DNA of 38,800 bases from the NCBI GenBank assembly GCA_030699205.1, contig JAUYJY010000033.1, positions 1 through 38,800 on the forward strand, written 5' to 3'. The stretch comes from Candidatus Pacearchaeota archaeon. Lineage in GTDB: Archaea > Nanobdellota > Nanobdellia > Pacearchaeales > GW2011-AR1. Below are positions 27,814 through 37,023 of this stretch, piece after piece (the first letter of the stretch is position 1; every line of letters starts with the position of its first letter). Both the position numbers and the translations under genes were made by a program. The notes beneath the pieces were generated by a model. That model worked only from the letters and a program-made list of their open reading frames with translations, did no database searches and was not told the origin of the DNA.

Positions 27814-28919
27814 ACCGCCATTTTTCTTTTGATTGCCGGATGTGATTCATAACCCTCTAAAACAAAATCATCTATTGTCAGCTGTTTATGTGGCTTTCTA
27901 GCTATCTTTAAAGTTGGCAAGTTTTCTTTTGGCTTCCTTGACCTTTGTTCTATTAGTGCAGTGACGTGGTCATATTGCTCTTCAACATCATCTTTTGGTG
28001 CATTAGAATTTACCCACATTAATAATTCTTCGTATCTTCCTTCATCACCCTCGCGGATTGATTTCATCCTTAATCTTAATTCATCTAAATGCTCCCGATA
28101 CCACTGCCCTCTCTTTATGAGCCCGGCGTAAATGTGTGCGTCCCCAAAACCATGCACAAAGCTTCTAGGAGTTAGACCAGTTTCATTTGCAATAATCTGT
28201 GTAAGTGCTGCATAACTTGCAATATTGAATGGAATTCCCAAGAACCAGTCAGCACTTCTTTGATACATTTGTAAATCTAATTCTCCTTCTTCGTTAACCC
28301 ATGGTTGAATTAATACATGACAGGGAGGTTGTGATGTTCTTGCTACATCTCCCGGTTGCCATGCAGTTACCATGTTTCTCTTGCTTGTTGGTCTTTTCTT
28401 CATCCTTTCTATCATATCGCCCATTTGGTCTACCAAAACCACTTCTCCCTTTTCCACATCAAAATACTGCCACCTCATCCATTGGGCACCATATATTGGT
28501 CCTGCGTCTCCAAACCTTTCCGCAAATCCTGAATCTTCTCTAATTCTTTGCCCATACTCTGCGACTGCATTATCCCAATCAGGAGAATATTTTATCCCCT
28601 TTATTCCTTCGGAAAAAATCCCTTCCTTTACCATTGCTGAAAGATTATTTTCGAAAGCGTTAGGTCTCCAAATTGTAACTCCATTATCTTCAAGGTATTT
28701 TATGTTTGTATCGCCTCTTAAGAACCAAATTAATTCATGAAATATTGACTTGGATGGAATTCTTTTTGTAGTTAATAATGGAAACCCGTCTCTCAAGTCG
28801 TAACGGTCTGTTCCTCCCATTAAAGAAATAATCGGAGAGCCCTTTCGGTTTCCCTTTATGCTTGAATAAGGAGAAGTTAGAATTTCTTTCGCATGATCTA
28901 AATATTGCTTATCTGCCAT
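27810..28919 (-). CDS. thyA: thymidylate synthase
   Basis: FPLLTTK, ELIWFLRG, GPIYGAQW, PPCH, YQRSAD...GIPFN, DAHIY and terminal MAV. Confidence 0.95.
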   Translation of the reverse strand: MADKQYLDHAKEILTSPYSSIKGNRKGSPIISLMGGTDRYDLRDGFPLLTTKRIPSKSIFHELIWFLRGDTNIKYLEDNGVTIWRPNAFENNLSAMVKEGIFSEGIKGIKYSPDWDNAVAEYGQRIREDSGFAERFGDAGPIYGAQWMRWQYFDVEKGEVVLVDQMGDMIERMKKRPTSKRNMVTAWQPGDVARTSQPPCHVLIQPWVNEEGELDLQMYQRSADWFLGIPFNIASYAALTQIIANETGLTPRSFVHGFGDAHIYAGLIKRGQWYREHLDELRLRMKSIREGDEGRYEELLMWVNSNAPKDDVEEQYDHVTALIEQRSRKPKENLPTLKIARKPHKQLTIDDFVLEGYESHPAIKRKMAV

Positions 28920-29160
28920 TTGATTATGAGATAGTTCTATTTTTTAAGGATGATTATACTTGATAGTAGTTGAGCTTTTCCATTTTAAATTTAGAAAATC
29001 TACAGAACCCATAGACTTCATTGCTATTTCTAATCCCTCTCATACTTCCATCTTCTCCATTTTATAGACTAATAACTATAAAATTGGAAAATAAATCTGG
29101 ACAATGGACGATTTATTTTTGTAAACAAAATAACAAATGTTTATCTACTGACTTGAATTG

Positions 29161-29598
29161 CTAATCTAATCTTCTTATTAATCCAAACCCTCCTCCCCTT
29201 TCCCCAATTTCCCTCATTAAAGCTCGGAATTCAAACCTCCTTCTTGATGAATCGGCAGGGTCTTCTGCTACTATAAAAGGATATTCAAATCTTATTATTC
29301 TGTATGCATGTGTCCCATAGGCCATCAATCCATGGTTTATAGATATTTCATCCACTAAATCCAAAGGCTCATTAAAGGGAGTTTCATTATGCCAATAAAA
29401 GTTATACTCAAAACCCTTCAATCTTAGAAAATCTTTTATTTTATGGTCATCAACTCTATGTCCTTTAGCCGAGGGGGTTAAATTATTTGCAATTTCCTCT
29501 TGGGAAATCTGTATCCCATGATTATTAAGAATTCCTTGCAAAATAGAACAGACACAAAAGGTAGGTTTTCTTTGTGGGATTAATCCGGGTGGTTCCAT
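29161..29598 (-). CDS. papain-like (C39-like) peptidase
   Basis: Q-x5-C (QRKPTFC), THAY and EDP order of catalytic residues; likely start is ATG 29598. Confidence 0.55.
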   Translation of the reverse strand: MEPPGLIPQRKPTFCVCSILQGILNNHGIQISQEEIANNLTPSAKGHRVDDHKIKDFLRLKGFEYNFYWHNETPFNEPLDLVDEISINHGLMAYGTHAYRIIRFEYPFIVAEDPADSSRRRFEFRALMREIGERGGGFGLIRRLD

Positions 29599-29599
29599 T

Positions 29600-30193
29600 T
29601 TAATTCTGAACTTCTTTTTCACCTTGGCTTGTCACCCTTCCGCCTTGGTGTTGTCCAGAGTATGCCCTGTTTATTTCTCCAATTACGGGTTCATATTCTA
29701 TATTAAACATTCTTGCACCCAATTCAAATATAAAATTTTGATCTCCCTGATTTTTTATTGCGAATGCAAGCTTTCCCTTATATCCCGGATCTGTTTTTGT
29801 CGCATGAAAACTTACCCCGCCCCTATGTAAAGAACTTCTCGGCCAAATTTTGGGTATTAAATATCCTTCTGGAAAAGAATTGTCATATTTTAATTTTTCA
29901 GCTGGTGCATGGATAACTTCTATTGTTGTAACTAAAACAAATTCTCCTGGTTTTAGAACAATGGTTTTATTTCCATCTTTTTCAAAATCTCCCAGTAATT
30001 CTGTTTTAGGAGAATATCTTTCCCTGCTTGTTCCATCCGCAGCAAGTAGACTATCTCCGAGCAATTTGTGTACTTGCCCCACCCTTAAATCTATTCCAGA
30101 ACCCTCTGGATTTTCTAATTCCCTTTTTGATAATCCCTCTATAAGATTATATTTCTTGTTTAGTTCTAATATTCTAACTGCGGAAATTTTCAT
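29600..30193 (-). CDS. trimeric dCTP deaminase/dUTPase family protein
   Basis: GIDLR, PRSS, DPGYKG and YSGQHQG motifs. Confidence 0.88.
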   Translation of the reverse strand: MKISAVRILELNKKYNLIEGLSKRELENPEGSGIDLRVGQVHKLLGDSLLAADGTSRERYSPKTELLGDFEKDGNKTIVLKPGEFVLVTTIEVIHAPAEKLKYDNSFPEGYLIPKIWPRSSLHRGGVSFHATKTDPGYKGKLAFAIKNQGDQNFIFELGARMFNIEYEPVIGEINRAYSGQHQGGRVTSQGEKEVQN

Positions 30194-30294
30194 TTTACAG
30201 ATTTCATTAAATTTCTTTTGTTTTTAAGTTTAATTATAATTTATACACCATATATCACAAGAATAATTAAAAACAACTAATCACCATTTTTAAT

Positions 30295-30816
30295 ATGCCT
30301 GAAGAAAATGGTCTTGTGTTAATCGCAGGAATCGCCAGAGATAATCTCGGAAGGATGGTTATCGGAAAAGATGGAGATATCCCATGGAGATCTGTTAGAG
30401 AAGATTTGAAAAGATTCAGAAAACTCACCATAAATCATGGAGTGATTATGGGGCGGAGAACCGCTGAAGAACTAATTGGCAAAGGAGTTTTCCCATTAGT
30501 TGGAAGAAAAAATATAGTCCTGACTTCGACAGCTGACTTTGGAAAGGTTTATGGAGAAAATGCAATAAGTGCGGGAAGTTTGGAATTTGCAATTGCTCTT
30601 GCCCAAGGAGTAAATAAGGATAGGACTGCCTATGTCATAGGTGGAGGGAGTGTTTATGATGCAACAATTGGTATGGCTACAAGATTAGAGCTTACAGAAT
30701 TTCCATGGATTGTTGAAGGAGACACTTATTTTCCTCAATTTGGGGATGAGTGGGGCGTTGTTGCAGAAGAGGAAAGACTTGGAGGATATGCTTTCAGAAC
30801 ATATGCAAGAGCTTAG
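30295..30816 (+). CDS. folA: dihydrofolate reductase
   Basis: IGKDGDIPW, DLKRFRKLT, VIMGRRT, VIGGGSVY and GDTYFP. Confidence 0.95.
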   Translation: MPEENGLVLIAGIARDNLGRMVIGKDGDIPWRSVREDLKRFRKLTINHGVIMGRRTAEELIGKGVFPLVGRKNIVLTSTADFGKVYGENAISAGSLEFAIALAQGVNKDRTAYVIGGGSVYDATIGMATRLELTEFPWIVEGDTYFPQFGDEWGVVAEEERLGGYAFRTYARA

Positions 30817-30829
30817 CTGAAACATTGGA

Positions 30830-30837
30830 TTTATAAA
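30830..30837 (+). promoter_or_regulatory. TATA box of tRNA-Ser
   Basis: TTTATAAA 25 nt upstream of the tRNA. Confidence 0.55.
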
Positions 30838-30861
30838 TAAAGTTCTTTTTGATTTTGATAT

Positions 30862-30943
30862 GCCGAAGTTGGGCAGTGGTAGCCCGCTTGCTTGGAGAGC
30901 AAGTTTCTTCACAGATGTGCAGGTTCGATTCCTGCCTTCGGCG
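30862..30943 (+). tRNA. tRNA-Ser(GGA)
   Basis: Acceptor GCCGAAG/CTTCGGC, anticodon loop TTGGAGA, long variable arm, G discriminator. Confidence 0.95.
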
Positions 30944-31042
30944 TTAAAGTCCCCCTATTACATTTAGGATTTCAGTATTCTATCGAATATAAAATTAAAA
31001 AAATATCAACAGGTTTTTAAGCAAATTCTATTAGTTTTACTT

Positions 31043-31447
31043 ATGGCTGGAAATCTTATTGCACAAGAAGAAGGAATGGGTTGCGGAATAGCCTGTGTAG
31101 CTTCCGCCTTAGGAATAGATTATCAAGAAGCCAGAAAATTGTCTGAAAATCCTGATTGGTCTTGCACTAAAGGATATGGTTGTAAGGATCTTGTTAAAAT
31201 TCTAAATAAAAAAGGTAAAAGTTATATTTACAAGAAGTTCAAAGAAGAACATATCCATTTACTTGAAAAATCTGGAACTATTGCTTTCGTTAAAGAAGGT
31301 GATGATGACACATGGGGACATTATCTATTAAAGACTAACCAAGGTTGGATGGATTGTTGGGTAAATTGGCCATCAATTAATCTTGCAAAAGCAGGATATC
31401 ACAAAGAGATTATTGGCGAACCTAAATGGATTATTTTTGAAAAATAA
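31043..31447 (+). CDS. stand-alone C39-like peptidase
   Basis: QEEGMGCGIACVASAL, GHY and WMD. Confidence 0.75.
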   Translation: MAGNLIAQEEGMGCGIACVASALGIDYQEARKLSENPDWSCTKGYGCKDLVKILNKKGKSYIYKKFKEEHIHLLEKSGTIAFVKEGDDDTWGHYLLKTNQGWMDCWVNWPSINLAKAGYHKEIIGEPKWIIFEK

Positions 31448-31587
31448 GACTAACTTTTTGTTATATGTCTAGTCTTGGAGTTTATCCCAAGTAGTTTATT
31501 CAGGCGTTTCGCCTTAATTAGAAGGATTTGAACACTCTAAGATAAATCTTCTTGAAGACAATTGGTAGAGGAAATTTAGTTAGAGGT

Positions 31588-32088
31588 TTATTCTATAAGC
31601 CCATACATCATGTCATATTTGAATTCTTCTATTGTTGATATGGTTTCGAATTCTTTTATGAATTTTATGAATTTTAGCCTTATTGATTTTATGATTTCAT
31701 CATATTCTTTGAAATCCTTTGCGCAAGTTCCGATAATAAAATCCCAATTTCCTGTTGTTTTTGACACCCAGGTTATTTGGGGATGTGAGATTAAATAATT
31801 TATGAATAATTTCTCTTCTGTTTCATTCATTGCAAAAAGAGATATGGGTGTATAACTATACATTGGATAACCAAGCAAGGGGAAGTTTATAACTGCATGA
31901 TAAAACCTTATTACACCTAGCTTCTCTAGTCTTTGTATCCTATATTTTACACTGTCTGCAGGCATTCTTACTTTTTTAGCAATTTGGGTAACAGGAAGTC
32001 TTGCTTCTTTTTGTAATATCTCTATGATTTTCTTATCATTCTTGTCTAGTTTAACTTTGTCCCCAAATTTTATTCTTGATTTGTCCAT
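31588..32088 (-). CDS. Lrp/AsnC family transcriptional regulator
   Basis: LDKNDKKIIEILQKEAR...YRIQRLEKLGVI; TGNWDF. Confidence 0.92.
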   Translation of the reverse strand: MDKSRIKFGDKVKLDKNDKKIIEILQKEARLPVTQIAKKVRMPADSVKYRIQRLEKLGVIRFYHAVINFPLLGYPMYSYTPISLFAMNETEEKLFINYLISHPQITWVSKTTGNWDFIIGTCAKDFKEYDEIIKSIRLKFIKFIKEFETISTIEEFKYDMMYGLIE

Positions 32089-32159
32089 ATTGCTATTATG
32101 GTTAAATTATTTATAAATCTTTCCTATTTCAGTGAAAAATAAGAAGATAAGCTTTTATA

Positions 32160-32882
32160 TTGGTCAATTTCTATTTTGATATGCTAACCCCTGTTGAAAA
32201 TGGACTGCTTGAAGAAGATTTGTCTGGAATGGAATATAAAGGATTTGTCCAATATAAAGGGCGTGGTCGTGATGGATTTAGAAGACCAAGAATGGCTGGG
32301 TTTGCTACATTGGGCACAAGTACGCGTAATTTGATGCTTGCAATGCACTTTGCTGATGCTGTTTCTTACTTTGCTGCATCCCCTTCAGAGTGTCCCAAAT
32401 TACAAGAGATTGAAGATCGCGTGCATCGCGTGCCGTTAGAGGTTTTACTAGAGTCATCCTATAGGGAACAAAATATGCTAGAGGTTAATAGATTAATAAG
32501 AGATAACGAAAAGGGTATTGTTTTCCGCTTGAAAACAGGGTATTTACTTAATGAGAGAGGCTATAGGAAAGGATATGGTTCCTCTTTGGATGGGGAAGTT
32601 TATAGTAGTGAATGTGGAGATATAATGCAGGAGAGAAATAAGTCCTCAAACAGACTTCATGGTATTGCTCTGCCTTTTCATCTTTTAGGGCTTATTAGTA
32701 TTTTACCTTCTACATTTCTTTTTGCAGATAACTCTGATAATCTTTCAATAGGGATTCCTGTTTTAGCAGTCCCCTTCTTGAGTCTTCTTACTGGTGTTTG
32801 TATGAGTTTGCGAGCCTATGGCCTTGCTGAAACGAAAGATCTTAAACCAATTGGGACCATAAAAGATTATTATAGTGATTAA
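32160..32882 (+). CDS. hypothetical protein with two C-terminal TM helices
   Basis: 240 aa open frame; start uncertain (TTG 32160 or ATG 32181). Confidence 0.65.
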   Translation: MVNFYFDMLTPVENGLLEEDLSGMEYKGFVQYKGRGRDGFRRPRMAGFATLGTSTRNLMLAMHFADAVSYFAASPSECPKLQEIEDRVHRVPLEVLLESSYREQNMLEVNRLIRDNEKGIVFRLKTGYLLNERGYRKGYGSSLDGEVYSSECGDIMQERNKSSNRLHGIALPFHLLGLISILPSTFLFADNSDNLSIGIPVLAVPFLSLLTGVCMSLRAYGLAETKDLKPIGTIKDYYSD

Positions 32883-32891
32883 ATCCTACAA

Positions 32892-33116
32892 CTAATTTTC
32901 CGCGATTTGTTCTCTCCATAAGGCAGAGTAAAGACCTTTCTTTTTTAACAATGAATTATGAGTGCCTTTTTCTATGAGTTTTCCTTTTTCTAAAACCATG
33001 ATTTTATCTGAATGTGCAATTGTTGAAAGCCTGTGGGCTACAATTATTGTTATTAATTCTGGTTTGAACTTTGTGATTTCTTTTATTGTTTTTGTGATTT
33101 CTTTTTCTAAAAGAAT
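32892..33116 (-). pseudogene. ABC exporter ATPase C-terminal fragment
   Basis: Hand translation [11 protein letters not shown]...[48 protein letters not shown]; no start codon or Walker motifs. Confidence 0.85.
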
Positions 33117-33414
33117 CCTGGCGTCTTTTCCCCCTAGTTTCCCTTTGACTTATTCCAATTACTCTTTTAACTTTCATTTTAGGAGTTTTTCTTTTTTTCC
33201 TATGTTCTTTATAAAGCCCACGATACCATTCGGGATTTATTGATTGTTTTCTCCAGAATGTCTGACCATATCTATCTGTATGGGGAAGAGAAATCATCCC
33301 ACCAGATTTAAATTCTTCATATAATGTTTTTAATGCAGATTCAAAATATGTAAAAATCTGTGAGGGCAATGTCCTTAATGGTCTTGAAGAATCCCATCCC
33401 TTTTCACCATCCAT
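33004..33414 (-). CDS. hypothetical, probably chimeric remnant
   Basis: 136 aa ORF whose 3' part runs out of frame over the ABC fragment. Confidence 0.35.
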   Translation of the reverse strand: MDGEKGWDSSRPLRTLPSQIFTYFESALKTLYEEFKSGGMISLPHTDRYGQTFWRKQSINPEWYRGLYKEHRKKRKTPKMKVKRVIGISQRETRGKRRQDSFRKRNHKNNKRNHKVQTRINNNNCSPQAFNNCTFR

Positions 33415-33541
33415 AATTTGTTTTAGAATCTTCTATTTTTTAATATTTGTATATTCAATTTAGTTTTTTAAATACCTTCGGCGTTAAAGTCACCGCAATA
33501 ATTTCCTAAAAGATTATAGATTCAAATCTTCTTCAAGCGTC

Positions 33542-33769
33542 TTATTTCTTTGCTTTCTCTTCAGCTCGTTTAATCATTTCTTTTTTCAAACCTAAAAAAA
33601 CTCCCCCTTTCTTTCCTCCGACATAGGTGCTTTCCCCGTCCTTAATAACTTCATTTAATGCATCAAGTTCTATATCAACATGAGTAATTCTTGCATTTGA
33701 CTTTCCTTTTACATGAATATACACATCGGCCTTTCCCAGTTTTATTTTTCCTTCCCCGGGTCCGCTCAT
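33542..33769 (-). CDS. small hypothetical protein
   Basis: 75 aa, abuts the upstream gene stop; GGAG RBS. Confidence 0.7.
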   Translation of the reverse strand: MSGPGEGKIKLGKADVYIHVKGKSNARITHVDIELDALNEVIKDGESTYVGGKKGGVFLGLKKEMIKRAEEKAKK

Positions 33770-34396
33770 TTAATATCTCCTCTGTCTTTTCTCTTTCATA
33801 ACCTCTAAGTCATGTATATAATGCAATCCTGAAATTGCACCCAAAAATCCAATCACTATCGACAAAGGCAAAGAAAAGTAAGTCCACAGAGGATAGAACA
33901 CACTAAGCATTACTGCAGGTAATGCAAACCCTTGTAAAAATGTAGTGATTTTAGCAACGTATCTTGCGGGAGGGAATACAGAACCAGAAAATGCACCAGC
34001 TATTGCAAAAGGTGCAGAAACTATTTCCCGAGTCATAATAAGAAGAATTTGCAAACCGTGCAATGGGTCAAGCCTTCCCCGAATTCCAAAAACAAGAATG
34101 AATGTTAAAGCAGTTCCAATCCATAAAATTCTGTCCGCAAACATATCTGCCTTCGCCCCAAAACTGCTTGTTAATTTAAGCTTTCTTGCAGTATAGCCAT
34201 CAAACCAATCAGTTAATGCAGCAATAACAAAAACAAAAACAATCAATTCAATATCAGAATCAACAACAATCATATAAACCAAAACAAAAGTCAAAACAAT
34301 ACGTGCAACATTCAAGAAGGTAGGGATATTAAGTATATCCTTTGTTGCCAGAGTATCTTCAATAATCTCCTTTCCCGCTTTTTTCACCCTTCCCAT
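33770..34396 (-). CDS. CDP-alcohol phosphatidyltransferase
   Basis: DWFDGYTAR...FGAKADMFAD signature. Confidence 0.92.
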   Translation of the reverse strand: MGRVKKAGKEIIEDTLATKDILNIPTFLNVARIVLTFVLVYMIVVDSDIELIVFVFVIAALTDWFDGYTARKLKLTSSFGAKADMFADRILWIGTALTFILVFGIRGRLDPLHGLQILLIMTREIVSAPFAIAGAFSGSVFPPARYVAKITTFLQGFALPAVMLSVFYPLWTYFSLPLSIVIGFLGAISGLHYIHDLEVMKEKRQRRY

Positions 34397-34448
34397 AAAT
34401 TAATGAACATACTAAACTTTAAAAGTCCTTCCATACAGATATAATGAC

Positions 34449-34524
34449 AGCGGGGTGGAGCAGTCTGGAGTGCTCACCGGGCCCATAACCCGGAGGTCGC
34501 GTGGTTCAAATCCCGCCCCCGCTA
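34449..34524 (+). tRNA. initiator tRNA-Met(CAT)
   Basis: A1:U72 (AGCGGGG/CCCCGCT), three G-C pairs in anticodon stem, loop CCCATAA. Confidence 0.93.
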
Positions 34525-34710
34525 TAACATTCAGAATTTCAAATAACTCCTACTTTATCTATTAGATTTAATAATACACATCTTAATATTACTCCCAATA
34601 AAACAATTCTCTCTTGTCAAATACACAGGCATTATCCGCAATTTCCCAAACTCTAAAACGCCAAAACGCCAGACCCAAAGCTTTAAAAAGGAAAAGACCA
34701 GAGTAACTTT

Positions 34711-35001
34711 ATGTGTGGATGTGATATGGATGCAAATGGAACTCCTGGTTCCGCAAGAGCGGAAGTACATAGCTCTGGCTCTGGAAATAGTGGTTTGCAT
34801 GAAATTAGTGAAAATCCAAGTATAAATGAAAGTGGACGCAAAGACAATTATTTCGCAAGAATGAGAGAACAAGAAAGAGAACAAGCTACAAAGGAGCCAT
34901 ATGGTGCTGTGAGGGGAATAGAATATGGTGGAGCAGGTAGCTTATTAAGCTTTTCTGGATATTTAGGAAAAGCAACAGGCTCCTACTCAATAGCTGCTTA
35001 A
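34711..35001 (+). CDS. hypothetical protein
   Basis: 96 aa ORF with TTTAAAA box about 25 nt upstream; no recognised motif. Confidence 0.45.
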   Translation: MCGCDMDANGTPGSARAEVHSSGSGNSGLHEISENPSINESGRKDNYFARMREQEREQATKEPYGAVRGIEYGGAGSLLSFSGYLGKATGSYSIAA

Positions 35002-35104
35002 TTCTTAACAAGTAATTAACAAATCAAATTTTTATATGTATTTAATAAATTAGGTGATTAAGATTTTAATCCAATAGTGATTGTAGTTGATAAAACCCGC
35101 CCAA

Positions 35105-35836
35105 TTAAGCATGTGCTCGTCTCTTTAAATCAGAAATCAAATCGAGAAGTGCTTTTTTTCTTTCTTCTGAAGTTTTTTTATCTTTAAGCAATTCTCTTAA
35201 TTTTATAGCATAAACCCAATATTTCTTTTCCATTGGATAATCTTCTTTATCCCTAAATTTTTCAAACTTATTCAATGTGCCATCTAAATAGGCCCCCATG
35301 TATTCATTTATTCCTTCATCATATGGCCAATATTTTTTAGCAATTTCCTGAAATTGAATTTTATTTTTGTCCAGTAAAATGTGAATCCATTCGTGCCTCA
35401 AACAAAATCTCATTTGCCATTCTTTTTCTTTTTCGTTTCTTGGAATTGTCAGAAGAGCCAAAAAATCAGTTTCTCCAAATTGGTTTTTCAATTCTTCATG
35501 AAATTTTAAAAGCTCGTTTCTTAATTCTTCATTATCAATTTTTTTAATCCATTTTTCTTCTTGTTTTAACTCACTTTTTTGTGAAACTTGCCCACCATAT
35601 CTTTTCAGGCAATTCTGAAAATCTTTTGAATTTACAAATTTATCAATATTCTTTATTTTTTGTTTTGCTGTTTTTCCGTATTTTTGATAAATTGGGTCTG
35701 GGCAGTTTCCAATATATTCTGTTAAAATTTCATGCCTTACAGAAATCCATAAATGCTTAAACCAATTTGGATTATATTTCAAGTCAAACTTTTCTGCCAA
35801 TTTTTTTATATGAGATTTTGCTTTTTGAACATCCAT
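35105..35836 (-). CDS. putative zincin-like metallopeptidase
   Basis: HEWIH followed by DEGINEY. Confidence 0.6.
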   Translation of the reverse strand: MDVQKAKSHIKKLAEKFDLKYNPNWFKHLWISVRHEILTEYIGNCPDPIYQKYGKTAKQKIKNIDKFVNSKDFQNCLKRYGGQVSQKSELKQEEKWIKKIDNEELRNELLKFHEELKNQFGETDFLALLTIPRNEKEKEWQMRFCLRHEWIHILLDKNKIQFQEIAKKYWPYDEGINEYMGAYLDGTLNKFEKFRDKEDYPMEKKYWVYAIKLRELLKDKKTSEERKKALLDLISDLKRRAHA

Positions 35837-35957
35837 AATATTTAGAAATATTGGGTTTTTATTAACTTATCGCACATGCCTAATGCTCCTCCTCTAAAAA
35901 TAGCAATCGCTACTCCTAAGATTTTCTTCGAAAATCTTAGTCTTCGACCTCACCCTC

Positions 35958-36069
35958 GCATAACTGGAATTATGTAAAAAATCACTCATCTCGTGATTTT
36001 CCCAAATCGTTTAATATTCTCCGCTTCGCTCCGAACTTAAAAAAACTTTCCTTAATCGTGATGTTATCT
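35958..36069 (+). other. degenerate attC-like imperfect palindrome
   Basis: GCATAAC...GTTATCT ends 112 bp apart; inner arms ATTATGTAAA/TTTCCTTAAT; hairpin AAAATCAC/GTGATTTT. Confidence 0.4.
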
Positions 36070-36267
36070 GTAATCCTTGCCATTCTAACCCAAAATGCTT
36101 GTGATTAATAGAAATTGAATATCCTAAAATGATTTTATTTCTTTCTAAATTTTGAATTCTTTTTTAATCGCATTTGCAGATAAATTCAAATCGTGCGATA
36201 AATCCATATAAGCTATTTTTGCATCTTCATTCAATTTTTTCAAATCAATAACTAATTTAATTCCCAT
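36063..36267 (-). pseudogene. Lrp/AsnC HTH fragment, frameshifted and truncated
   Basis: LKKLNEDAKIAYMDLSHDLNLSANAIKK, frameshift in an A-run at about 36160, then RIQNLERNKIILGYSISINHKHFGLEWQGLQI. Confidence 0.75.
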
Positions 36268-36312
36268 TGTAATTTTCAATAATCTTATATACAGGATTCA
36301 ATTTCATCATCC

Positions 36313-37005
36313 ATGGGATTAATTTTGGGCATTGACGATGCAGGCAGAGGACCTCTAATTGGTCCGATGATTCTTGCAGGAGTTTTAGTCACAAAAACAC
36401 AAGAAGAAAAAATAAAAAAGGCGGGGGCAAAAGATTCAAAACTACTCCCTCATACAGAGAGAATATCTCTCTCTGAATTAATCAAAGAAAACTCAATTTC
36501 CCATAAAATCTTAGAAACCTCTGCACATGAAATAGACAATTCTCTTTCTTCTGGAACAAATCTAAATACTCTCGAGGCGTTGAAATCAGCAGAAATCATC
36601 AACGCATTAAATACAAAAAAAGACAAAATAATTGTAATTGTGGACTGCCCTTCAACAAACCTTCTTGCATGGAAAAATACTTTAATAAGTTTTATAGAAC
36701 ACAAAGAAAATCTAAAAATAAAATGCGAACACAAAGCAGATTTTAATCATCCATCTGTTTCTGCAGCTTCAATTCTTGCAAAAGTAAAAAGAGAGGAAGC
36801 AGTATCTGTCTTAAAAAAACAATACGGAAACATCGGCTCTGGATACCCCTCAGACCCAATAACCATCAAATTCTTAAAAGAAAACGGGGAAAAATATAAA
36901 GATTCAGGAATATTCAGAAAATCATGGTCTACATGGAAGAAAATCTTTCCAGAAGATTCTTTGCAATTTCAGGGAAATAAATTTAAACAGCAAAAATTAT
37001 TTTAA
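36313..37005 (+). CDS. rnhB: ribonuclease HII
   Basis: GIDDAGRGPLIGP, DSKLL, HKAD, SAASILAK and GSGYPSDP. Confidence 0.96.
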   Translation: MGLILGIDDAGRGPLIGPMILAGVLVTKTQEEKIKKAGAKDSKLLPHTERISLSELIKENSISHKILETSAHEIDNSLSSGTNLNTLEALKSAEIINALNTKKDKIIVIVDCPSTNLLAWKNTLISFIEHKENLKIKCEHKADFNHPSVSAASILAKVKREEAVSVLKKQYGNIGSGYPSDPITIKFLKENGEKYKDSGIFRKSWSTWKKIFPEDSLQFQGNKFKQQKLF

Positions 37006-37023
37006 AATTTTCTTCAATTTTTT

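Larger units (their letters stand above)
30935..33491. mobile_element. small island at the tRNA-Ser 3' end, bounded by 17-bp direct repeats
   Basis: CCTTCGGCGTTAAAGTC at 30935-30951 and 33475-33491; no integrase inside. Confidence 0.75.

Noticed and set aside
32962-33243. 93-aa plus-strand ORF
   Set aside because: Antisense shadow of the ABC ATPase fragment
35092-35106. AAAACCCGCCC as an att copy of the initiator tRNA 3' end
   Set aside because: Only about 7 contiguous matching bases; not distinguishable from chance
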